Positions 1 through 9,728 of a stretch of 64,000 nt of DNA are shown piece by piece. The stretch is taken from contig JBLDXI010000031.1 in the NCBI GenBank assembly GCA_047495785.1, positions 1,116,001 to 1,180,000 on the forward strand, read 5' to 3'. This DNA is from Lepidodermella squamata. Taxonomy: Eukaryota; Animalia; Gastrotricha. The stretch's first letter is position 1; the number at the start of each line of letters is the position of its first letter. Made by a program: the position numbers and the translations under genes. The notes under the pieces were generated by a model. That model did no database searches, was not told the DNA's origin, and was given only the letters and a program-made list of their open reading frames with translations.

Positions 1-283
1 GAAACTTTACGCCTAAAAAGTTCAAGAATGGATTTTGCATTCTTTGCTTTGATCTATCGAGAGATGGTAATATAAGTGGCACGAGCATTCGTCGCTCCGG
101 CACCCTAAGAGTCGAGCTCAGCTTTAACTCAGCCACTACATCTGTTCTTCACCTATTACTACTAGCTGAAAGAGATGCTGTAATCGAGGTCTGCTTTTTT
201 CCGATGGATCGTTTATTGTTTCTATAAAAAACTCGACTCCCCTTCAGATTACAAAAGCGCGAGAAGTTCTCTACGAATCATGA
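1..283 (+). CDS. Maverick major capsid protein (double jelly-roll), C-terminal part; exons <1-188, 248-283
   Basis: Frame from nt 3 reads FKNGFCILCFDLSRDG...SGTLRVELSFNSATTSVLHLLLLAERDAVIE. After GT-AG intron 189-247 it continues ITKAREVLYES*. This matches the typical Polinton MCP end (FDL...G.LRLE..F...E.D..IEI...R.V). Confidence 0.85.
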
Positions 284-819
284 ATACCGAGCAGATCAAT
301 CAATTTGTATCACATGACAAGTTTTTATCACAGGCTCGAACTCTGGTTGTGCCTTGCGATGGCCTCGTTGAAATAGGTCTCGTTCCAGATCTTAAGCGCC
401 CCTTAGGCATAATTGTTAATACGGATGAATCTCATCGGCCTGGTCGTCACTGGGTGTCTATTTTTCTGTCAAAAAGCAGCACTGAATTTTTTGACTCACT
501 CGGGCAAGAGCCTTCCTACTATAGCTGCTATATAGATAATTTTCTAAAGCTGAATGCCAAAGGAATTCCTTTTTCTAATGTTACCTTTCGTAGTTTACAA
601 CATTCGCGGAATAAAGTTTGCGCTTTATATTGTATTCTTTTTATCAGACATCGTAGCAAAGGTCTTAGTCCATCGCGTTTTCTCGCCTCATTTTCAGCGA
701 GTAACTTACATAGTAACGACTTGCTAGTTTACAAAAGCGCACGTAGAATATTCAAAGCCTATAAAAGGCTTCAGACCTGCATTCAGCCTATTTTACCTAG
801 AGATGGCAACATACTATAG
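280..819 (+). CDS. Adenain-like (C5) cysteine maturation protease
   Basis: IIVNTD...PGRHWVSI (His), EFFDSLG (Asp), LQ.....VCALYC (Gln/Cys) motifs. The ATG overlaps the MCP stop (ATGA). Confidence 0.93.
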   Translation: MNTEQINQFVSHDKFLSQARTLVVPCDGLVEIGLVPDLKRPLGIIVNTDESHRPGRHWVSIFLSKSSTEFFDSLGQEPSYYSCYIDNFLKLNAKGIPFSNVTFRSLQHSRNKVCALYCILFIRHRSKGLSPSRFLASFSASNLHSNDLLVYKSARRIFKAYKRLQTCIQPILPRDGNIL

Positions 820-1577
820 CTTATTATCACCACCGCCTCCATCAGCGCTGCCTATTATACACCCTTCAGCTAGTATAATTTTCGGGTTCGGTCTTTTTTA
901 TTCAACTTCCTTCTCTCTTCGCTTACACTGGAAATATTCCCAGACCTTCAGGATGTGGCAAATCAACGCTGCTTTATCGGATAATCGCGGCTGATCCCTT
1001 TTCAATCTATCCTTACCCGACTCGTATATTTTTCTATTACGGAATTTGGCAGCCGTTATACGATCGTCTAGCTTCAGCTACGAAATGCCTTCGAGGCATT
1101 GATATTGAATTCATACAAGGAATCGAAACGTTTAGCGTTGATAACATCGATTCAGCACAAAACTCGGTAATTGTTTTTGACGATCTCTACTCGGATTGCA
1201 ATGATTCGGCAGAGGTTCTTCGGCTGTTTGTAATGGGAGTACATCACAAGTCCTGCACCGTCTTTCTAGTTTCCCAAACTCTATTCCCTCGCGGATCCTG
1301 CAGCGTACAGCTTCGAAATAACGCCCATTACATTTTCTGTTTCGCAACACGTACCGACGCCGGTCAACTACGCAGATTTCTTCAACAAATTTTTCCAACA
1401 AATTGGCGACAAGTTCTCAAGTGCTATGAAAACGCCACAAACTCCACAGATGTCGATGTCGATGGAAAATATTTACTTCTCGACTTGAATCATGACACGC
1501 CTGCTGTTATGCGAATCCGAGCTCAGCCAGGCTTTGGTTTGAACCCGGGTTTTGCATATAGCATAGAAAATAATTAA
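803..1577 (+). CDS. A32/FtsK-like genome packaging ATPase; exons 803-885, 944-1577
   Basis: Removing intron 886-943 (GTTCGG...CCCAG) gives HPSASIIFGPSGCGKST (Walker A), then VIVFDD (Walker B), GVHHKSCTVFLVSQ and LRNNAHYIFCF. Confidence 0.92.
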
Positions 1578-1682
1578 TTACTTCTCGACTTGAATCATGA
1601 CACGCCTGCTGTTATGCGAATCCGAGCTCAGCCAGGCTTTGGTTTGAACCCGGGTTTTGCATATAGCATAGAAAATAATTAA
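1473..1682 (+). repeat. Perfect 105-bp tandem duplication of the ATPase 3' end
   Basis: 1473-1577 (TTACTTCTCGAC...AATAATTAA) is repeated identically at 1578-1682. Confidence 0.9.
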
Positions 1683-1725
1683 AAAAAGGCTAATTATCAG
1701 TTTTTGCACTTTTTTCTAGTTTCTT

Positions 1726-2076
1726 TTGTTAATGCAAAAGACTAAAGTTAAACGCAAACGACTTCTCCTTAACCTTGCTTTCATTATCAAGGCGAAGACA
1801 CGGCAACATCGTGCTCAACTAATAGCAATTGCCTCTTCGGCGATCATCAACTGCCTTGTTCACTGTGCCAGACACTTGGTTTACCGTAGCAAGACTCTAA
1901 ACGTACCTTCACGTCGCATTCTCGAGAAATTGAAGTCAAGTGGAACGAATACGGTTGAATTTAATCGCCGCGTGTTCCTCGAATACTTGCGAGAAATACC
2001 AAACGGCAGATTTTTCACTAAGCTTCTCCCCAAAGCGTTAAAGGCGGCTACCGAGAATTTGAATATCAAGCTGTAA
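1726..2076 (+). CDS. Small basic conserved Maverick protein
   Basis: K..RQHRAQLIAIAS..IINCLVHCARHLV resembles the small basic ORF found next to the ATPase in many Polintons. Likely ATG at 1732. Confidence 0.65.
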   Translation: MLMQKTKVKRKRLLLNLAFIIKAKTRQHRAQLIAIASSAIINCLVHCARHLVYRSKTLNVPSRRILEKLKSSGTNTVEFNRRVFLEYLREIPNGRFFTKLLPKALKAATENLNIKL

Positions 2077-3087
2077 ATGAGACCTACAACAACAAGAACT
2101 AATCCGGCTAAAAGAATGGCTATAGTACCGGCTACTACTACCACTACTACTGCTACTACGCCGTCACAACTTCGCGAAAAACACAATCAGCCGCAGCTTA
2201 GCCATATGGCTGTTATCAATTCAAACCTCGACGCATTACTAGAAGCTGCATCTCAAGCGAAAACAAGCAGCGAAAAAGCAGCGCTCATGGCTAGTTTTCA
2301 CGATGGACTGAATAAATTTATTCGGAAAAGACGTGCCATTTTTTCTGAGAACGAAGACTTTTCCAAGCGATATCCCAGCGAGAAAACCAGTACTACTCCA
2401 CTTACTGTAACGTCAGCACCAACAGTAAAGCCGGAGCCTAATGCAGCCGTCGAACGTGATTTAAAGACTCTACTTTCGCGGCTTTTACATCAATTCGCCG
2501 TTGTGAAACGAGAACATCAACAACAACAAATTTCCCAGGAGGAGGAGGAGGAGGAGGAACAGAACACGAATGACACGGATGATACAGACTACGACTACGA
2601 TAATAACAACAACAAATTGCGAGTGAAACGCCTGTTTTCAACACCCAAAAGCCCACTGGTTAAAATCGAGCCACTCGAACTCATCCAACAGTTTACAAAA
2701 CCCGATAATACTGGTCCAAGCAGCACTGTAGGTGGCTCATTGTTGGGCTCGCAACAAGCACCGCCAAATATTATCGTCTCGCCAATGAAAACTCGTTCTC
2801 ATTATCATCAGCCTGACGCTGCTGCTGCCGCTGAACCCACCAAGCCCAAGAAGAATAATAAGAAGAGCAACGAAGCAAAAACTGCAACAATCTCCAAGAG
2901 TCAAAAGCCGAAACAGCAACAACAACCACGTCCGACAAAGAAAAAAGGCGCGCCTGCTGGTCCTACATCACCCCCTGCCTACCAACACCTGCCTCAAGAA
3001 GAAGAAGAACAGCCAGAACAACCGCAACAAGATGGCGCTGGTGCAAGCAATCTTCAAAAAGACAACTTTTGGAAATTGTTCTCGTAA
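2077..3087 (+). CDS. Maverick low-complexity protein (putative core/structural), C-terminal QDGAG motif
   Basis: 336-aa ORF starting immediately after the previous stop (TAAATG). T/Q/E/K-rich, ends QDGAG...FWKLFS. Confidence 0.7.
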   Translation: MRPTTTRTNPAKRMAIVPATTTTTTATTPSQLREKHNQPQLSHMAVINSNLDALLEAASQAKTSSEKAALMASFHDGLNKFIRKRRAIFSENEDFSKRYPSEKTSTTPLTVTSAPTVKPEPNAAVERDLKTLLSRLLHQFAVVKREHQQQQISQEEEEEEEQNTNDTDDTDYDYDNNNNKLRVKRLFSTPKSPLVKIEPLELIQQFTKPDNTGPSSTVGGSLLGSQQAPPNIIVSPMKTRSHYHQPDAAAAAEPTKPKKNNKKSNEAKTATISKSQKPKQQQQPRPTKKKGAPAGPTSPPAYQHLPQEEEEQPEQPQQDGAGASNLQKDNFWKLFS

Positions 3088-3233
3088 TTTATTTCATTAT
3101 ATTAATTTTTAAGTTTATGCAAAGCACATAAATAATAAAGAGGCATCAGATAATGTGTTCTTTTGTTCCTACAGCCACCACTACTAGTTGATATTCTCAT
3201 GTGCCATTGTCTTAGATGTGACGTGTCTTGTTA

Positions 3234-4649
3234 TCAGAACATATTTTCATCGTCGAGATCATTGTCGTCAGCGAGCGACGGCGGTGACGCCAAATTGCTA
3301 GTACTGCTGCTGGTCGTCATTGTCGAGCTACTGCCGCTACTAATGCTCAAATCGTTGTCAGCTCGCCACCAGTAGTAGTTGTTCGAAGAGCCTGGGGCGG
3401 CGACGGAGGAGCTCGCACCTGGCGCGTACGCGCCAGGTACGAGCTCGGAGGCGGCGGCGGCGGGGCCCGGGGAGGCGGGGAAGTTCGAGCTGGTGGTGAA
3501 GGTGTCCATGCTGTTGTTGCTGCTGTAAATCATAGGCTGGATCACCGCGACCGGGCGTAAGTTTTCAGTGTTGCTGTTATATTCATCTTCTGCACGCTGG
3601 TTGCGTTGTTGTTGTTGTTGTTGTTGTTGGTGGTGGACGGATGAAGCGGACGACTGTGGGACGACGGCAACGGGCAAAGGTGGTGGTGGCAGGCACTGGC
3701 ATTGTACTAGGCCCGGCCAGCAGCAGACACATGCCGCAGTAGCACCGCCTGCGCCACTTCGCCGTGATGGCGTCAGACCAGCCGCCAGCTCGTGCTGTTC
3801 ATCCAGCAACTGACACCATGCCCACATCGGAATCATTACGTTTTGTTGGCTCGCGACGAAGCTTCTGGTATTAGAAATAGACGTAGAGATGGAGTCTGTC
3901 GAAGAAGGAGACGATGCCCAGCTCGCTGGATGAATCCGCCGCATTGCACGTTCGATGATAAAATGAACATGCACAGCCCGAATTCGCTCACCTCGGAAGT
4001 TTCTCAGAGCATCGAAAAGCATGTGCTCGAGAAGAGCCTCGCGGCCGCTGTGATTACTTGCCGAGGTGAGCGAGTCGTACATGATCGAGCCTTCCGCATG
4101 CGGGTCGCGGTTCATAAATTTGGCCTCGAGAGAAATAGTCTCGTACATCGCCGTTGACTGCGTGCTGTCGATGTACGACAGTCGAGCAGCGTCAGTCAAC
4201 AGCGGAGGCCAAAAACTTGCCGCGACCAAAGCATCGTCGATGGTGGAAGTCGGTTCGCTGGTGCCGGCGGTCTCGTAAAGGTACGCCTCGCTGTCGCGTG
4301 AGTTTATGGCAAATATTTGGCACCATTGCCATACACCCACGGCGCTGTGAACAGGTCCGTCGCTCGGTCGGGCTAACATGGCGACGTCGATGTTAGGGGG
4401 ACAATGTTCACGAAGGAATGTACAGTCCAGCCGTCTGCTGGCTCGTCGTATCCATGTCCGGACGTGCTCCAGGGTCACGAATCGACCCCGGATGTTCGCC
4501 GCGAAGTCGAATAGTGCGGCCTCGAGAAACGCCCGGATACCAACGGCCAGCCAGACGGCAAAGACCTGTGAGTTCGCTCCAAACAGGTCTGGCGCGAACA
4601 ACATGATAGCAGCAGAAGCAGAAGCGGCGGCGCCGGCGATGGAAGACAT
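3234..4649 (-). CDS. Maverick accessory protein with a duplicated ~80-aa domain and Q/S-rich acidic tail
   Basis: Long open frame with a likely ATG at 4649 (MSSIAG). Two related segments: FLEAALFD...EHVRTWIRRASRR...WQWCQ and LLEHMLFD...VHVHFIIERAMRR...WAWCQ. Confidence 0.7.
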   Translation of the reverse strand: MSSIAGAAASASAAIMLFAPDLFGANSQVFAVWLAVGIRAFLEAALFDFAANIRGRFVTLEHVRTWIRRASRRLDCTFLREHCPPNIDVAMLARPSDGPVHSAVGVWQWCQIFAINSRDSEAYLYETAGTSEPTSTIDDALVAASFWPPLLTDAARLSYIDSTQSTAMYETISLEAKFMNRDPHAEGSIMYDSLTSASNHSGREALLEHMLFDALRNFRGERIRAVHVHFIIERAMRRIHPASWASSPSSTDSISTSISNTRSFVASQQNVMIPMWAWCQLLDEQHELAAGLTPSRRSGAGGATAACVCCWPGLVQCQCLPPPPLPVAVVPQSSASSVHHQQQQQQQQRNQRAEDEYNSNTENLRPVAVIQPMIYSSNNSMDTFTTSSNFPASPGPAAAASELVPGAYAPGASSSVAAPGSSNNYYWWRADNDLSISSGSSSTMTTSSSTSNLASPPSLADDNDLDDENMF

Positions 4650-4726
4650 GATGACAACGAAAAAATAATTTAAGATTAGAAGACTAAAGAACAATAAAGA
4701 AAAATTTGGTTAATTGTGCCTGTTTT

Positions 4727-7700
4727 TTATTGGTGATACCCATAAGGTAAAGTGCTAATGACAGATGAATTTATCGTCGATGTTTTTTGCTCAGTTAAAA
4801 TAAGAGAACGCTTTTCAAAACAAGTGAGTCGAATAAATTTTTGGAAACGTTCTTCCGAGCAGGTGAGGTGAGCGAGTGGAATCTGCTTATGTTGAATAAC
4901 ATCGCCTTGTTCAATCCCGAGGCGAGGTTCATCATCATCGTCATCACTGTCGTTCTCAACACCATCCGACGACTCGAGCGATTGCTGTTGGAGAGCCGAG
5001 AGTAAAAGACGAGACAAGGACTCGAAATTGAGTGTGCTTTGGGTTAAAAAACTCTGGCGTATTCCTTTGACCTTGATTTCGACGCGAAGTTTAGATGTGA
5101 GGTAGCAGTAGCTTTTTGCGCCAAGGCATGTAAATTCTATAATGTGCTCATCTGGATCCAATTGGTTGGACAAATCGCCTAGAAAATCACCAATATCCAG
5201 CAACAGCGGTTGATTACGTGGTTGAATCCAGAAAATCGAGTCGGTGTCCGTGTAGCAGGCGAGATTTTGCACCTTGAACAACTCACGAAACAGCTTGATT
5301 CGGGCGTGGCTAGTCACAAAGGCCGCAATAGGTAGGCAAACGTTGGCACTCGGTGCTTCTTCGTCATTCACACAGGTGTAGGCAACTTGCATTTTGAGAG
5401 GGTTCGTAACATTGTAGCCGACGGGATTGATTTCGCGAACCGTATTCGTGGAGCAGAGCAGAATTTCAGCTAGTTCTTTTTGTGAAGAGACGTACGTTTT
5501 GCGCGGTATTTCGATTTTCAGCGCCCATCGCCCAAAGAATGAGTTCAAAAGCAGCTTGCTCACCATTCGAAGGCCGGGGTTTTTCGCTTTCAATTTTTCC
5601 GGGTCCAAATGAATTTTTTCTCGGCGAAAATATTCAGCGATAAAATGTGTCTTTTTCTCCTCAGTGTTGGCTGAAGGCGGATAGCCGGATGCTTCTGCTT
5701 TGAGTTTAAGAAAATGTCGAATAAAACTTTAAAAAAAGGAATAGTAATTAGAGCCATTTTTGCAGGGGTTTTTTTATATATTGTTTACCCGTTGAAAATG
5801 TCACTGCGTCGTTCAGGATAATCGTAGATTTCATGCAATTCAACAATTTTGTAGTTGTGTTGTAGTGCTTCGTTCAACTCAATGGTCGTGTACGTTCCGC
5901 GGAAGGCTCGCATATCATCTGAGTGTTTACATTCCGTGTTGATGTGGTATCGATTTAGTCTCTTGAAGCGCGACGCCTCGTTGCTGCATGCATAGCAAAG
6001 TGAGAAACACAGCTTGCCGTGTGAATTGCGCATGGGCAGTATCGGGATGAGGAGGTTGCGGGGCGGGAGAAAGAGACCGGCAACGAGCCCGAGACATTCC
6101 CTATCAAACCCGTCTGTATTGAAGAAGCGTTTGAGAAGCATGTCATGATTAAGTCGTTGACGAAGAGTCCGCTCGCAGGGGAAACCGACGGGATAAACGT
6201 GATCAACCATACACGCCGGGTAGAGACTAGGTAACAAATAGTTAATAGTGGAAAAAAACCAATTCAAAGCGAAGTAAATGTTACCTACCTTATAAAGTCA
6301 GCAGATTGAATGGTTTCCTCACTTGTGTTGCATTTAACGCGTAGTTTAAATGGCTCGCATCGGCCGCCGAATAGAGAATCGCGAGGTCTGATGGGGGGAG
6401 GAAGATTGCCGAAGTCGGCAACAAATTCCCGGATTCGTTCATCGGCTTCGATCATTGCTCTGAATTCGCATTCGTAGATAAATTCGTACCGAACGTTGAT
6501 ATCGCGCAGTAGCTGTTGCCTTTCTGACACCTCATCGTGAAGTTCTCCGAAAAACTTGCCGAGGCGTCGATTGAAGTCGTGAGAGTTGAAGCATTTCGGA
6601 CAACCTTAGCGACGAAGATAATAATAATAATAAGGAATTCGAGAGATCAAAGAATACCGTGGATGTAGCAACCATGATAGTCAATTGCAAGCGCATCCAC
6701 AGCCTCGTGGGTTGTGGGGTGAAGATGAGCCGGGACATAACTAGACGGTAGAGATGGAGAAGACTGTAATTGAAAATTAACGAGCTTTGTTAGAGCTGTT
6801 GCCTCACATTAGCGTCGTCGCGTTCCGCAGGGAGATAAAATTAATATCACATTAAGTAAAGTAATATATACCCGTCGAGATGTAAGACTGTTCGCCGGCC
6901 TGACTTGATAACAACAATACGCTCTTCTCGTCCATTGTGCCCGTGTCGTAATAAGGCATAGTGCTCCGGTTGGAAGCGCTTGAGATACTCGAGGTAAATT
7001 ATAGCCCCTCTACTGGTAGAATCGTTTGCAGAAAATCCGCTGGGTGGATGAAGGGCTATCAGCTCGGGTTTGAGGAATAGCTTGCGAAAAATTAAATGAC
7101 CTGAGATGATGGTGGTATTATCGACAGGCAATTATCAAATGGAAAAATTGTAGGGCATTACTTAACGAGGCTAGTGTGCTAACGGCGAAGAAGGGGTCTG
7201 TGCTGCAATAGTCGATTATCAGACGGCGGAATCGGAGGCATGATTGTAGTAAAACATTGACATCTTGCCGGCAGTAGTCGATGAATGATTTGTGAAAGTC
7301 GAAAGACTCTCCATTTTGTTGTTTTTCAGCTAAAAACGACATCAGTTCGCCATATTCCGCTGTCGACATGGTTTCATAGCCATATGCATGTGGCGGTGGG
7401 TAAGGTCCGATATAGTTGTAGCTAAAAAAATATATTGTATTTTTTTCGTTAAGAAAAAATTAATGAATTTACTATTGCGGCTGATTCATTTTTCGAGGAA
7501 AAAAGGTCTTTTTAACCGAGAGTGAAAACATAGCCGGTAGATTTCGCAGTGGGGCAAAGAGAAACATCCAGCTATCGATGATTTTTATACGGCGACCAAT
7601 TGAAATTTGTATGAGTTTCCCATTGCGCTCAACAATTTGAAATTTCACATTGACTCGAGTTTGAAGCTCTGTTAGAAGGAACCACGAGTCGAAGCTGAAT

Positions 7701-9588
7701 TGAGGAAAAAAATGAAAATTAAAAAGCAAATGTTACGTGATTTATACCGTGCTGTGAAGTGGGCGATGGCTACTGAATGGGCGTTTTCCGGAGAGAGCAG
7801 AAAATCGAGAAATTGGGCAGCCGAATCGTCACCAGAAAAAACGTGCTCGCCACAGGACGTCGTACAGTTTTCCGATTGGATTATTGGTTCTTCATTCATA
7901 CATCCGGGACAGCATTTGAAGGCAACACAGAGGTTAGGAATTAGCCGACAGCTTGCTTCTTCAACTCGAGTTTCAAAGTCGAAAACAATGATATTTTTAT
8001 ATGAAGTGCGATCTACGAGTGGCGCAACTTGCATATAGCATTGATGCCTTGGGAGAGATTGACCGACTGGGAGGTTCTGAGCAGTGGCTAGGATAGAGTG
8101 ACAGATTCTACATCGCCGACCTTTGCAGTTTTTGTGTTTGGTCAGATCGATGAATAGCCGTGAGCAGTTGACACAGCGTTGCTTGGGCTGACATCGGTGA
8201 TTGACCTTGTGATTATTGTAGCACGTTGGGTTGTAGTAGTTTCGATGGCATTCGGAGCATCGTCGCCATTGTTGGGGGAGGCGACTGCAGTTCGCATCAG
8301 GTTGGAGACACTTATCACAAGCGAATTCACAAGCATGTGCCTGATCTCGCCGACTCAGCCCTTGATAGCAGCTTTGACAGAAAAACCGAGTCCCAATGAT
8401 TGAAGCGAGGTTGCTTAGGAGATGAATATGATTATCGCCTGTCACTAGCAGATAGATACTTTCCCGTGGAGTCGGGTCATTTGGTGAAGATGCTGGGTCG
8501 GTGGTCGTAACTCTTTGAACGGAGCTGCTGTAAACTATGACTTTAAAATCGCGATTGTGTAAAAGTTCCAAGGCTTGACGAAGGCTGGTCAGGTCGCTGC
8601 CTAAATTGTATCCAGCTTGGTTTACAGGTAACTTTGCCGTTAGTAGAAGCTGTATTGCGGCTTGGCTTTGTAATGATTGCCTGGGATCTCTGATTTGGTC
8701 GTAGTATTTTTTAAGCTGGCGATCAGCCTTGTTTGCCATATAGAGCAATCTAGCAGCACCGAGCATCAGTGCACGAGGTAGACAGCGGTGGTCTTCCGTA
8801 TTGTTAATCTGAATGACTGAGCGAAAGTTACTGAGGTGTTTGTCGATAATTTCAGGAACGGTTGGTCGCTTGGTCACATCTCGACGGCGTTTCCCTGAAA
8901 CTTTTATGCTCTTGGTAGGGTTTGAGCCGTCGCTACTGTCGTTTTCGGCGCTGGTTGTTGGGACTCGACATACTACAGCTTCGATGAACCAGTGACCCTC
9001 TAGGAGGAGATTTTCTTGACTATTAAGAATTCGCTCGATAAATGAGTAGATCCGCTCATCTGTCAACTTTTGGATCGGGTGAAACGGCAGGCAGATCGCT
9101 CTTAAATAGAAAGCTAGTAATCAATTGGAAGACAAGCTAGAAAAGAGAACCTGTGGAGTTGAGGGTGTTCAATTCGTAGTTTGACAAAGATGCGCTCCTT
9201 CTTAGGATTGATAGATACGTGTTGATTAATTTGGAGTCGAAGCTTGTCGGCTATATCAATTAGCATGATAACTACGCGGCGAAATCGCTGTTCTACGTCT
9301 TCAGATTCGATCTCACCGCGCTTCGCGCTTGGAATTGTGAATGTATGCAGGAGGGTAGACGAGTTGTTTGGCTCCGGAAATTCATCGTCGGCATTTTCTG
9401 GGGTTGCTCGATTTCGCCAACTACCAGGCCGACCAGCACCTAGCTGAGGCGGGTCTTGGAAATTTTCGTCGAGCAGGTGATTAAGGAAGTGTAGCTCAAA
9501 AATTTGACCATATATTTGAAATTTCGGAGCAAGGACGCGTTGATTAGCCCGAACAATTGAAAAGTAAAGCGGAGAGGGATCAATTCTC
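4727..9588 (-). CDS. polB: Protein-primed family B DNA polymerase (TP/vOTU-like N-terminus, Zn ribbons, exonuclease, VSR-like insert, polymerase); at least 9 exons, 5' exon unresolved
   Basis: Introns at 9101-9150, 7695-7747, 7422-7472, 7101-7161, 6741-6871, 6605-6657, 6227-6288 and 5727-5788 restore one frame. Motifs: ExoI VFDFET, ExoII AHFTARFD, ExoIII YCRQDV, motif A DFISLYP, motif B KLLLNSFFGRW, motif C YTDTDS, KSY and KVKG. Confidence 0.93.
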
Positions 9589-9728
9589 CTAAGAAAAAAA
9601 TTGAGAATAAAATTTATTATTATTAGACTTGTATATTGAGAGAGCAAGAAAAAACTATATAGGGGGAAAAAACTTGATCTTTCAATATTAAATATTATAG
9701 TTATTGTAGTCTTATTGCTGATGTGACG

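Noticed and set aside
3568-4668. Plus-strand ORFs (poly-Cys etc.) opposite the GC-rich gene
   Set aside because: Antisense shadows of a GC-rich, poly-Q coding sequence.
4727-9647. pPolB as a frameshifted pseudogene
   Set aside because: Every break coincides with a GT-AG intron whose removal restores the frame and conserved motifs.
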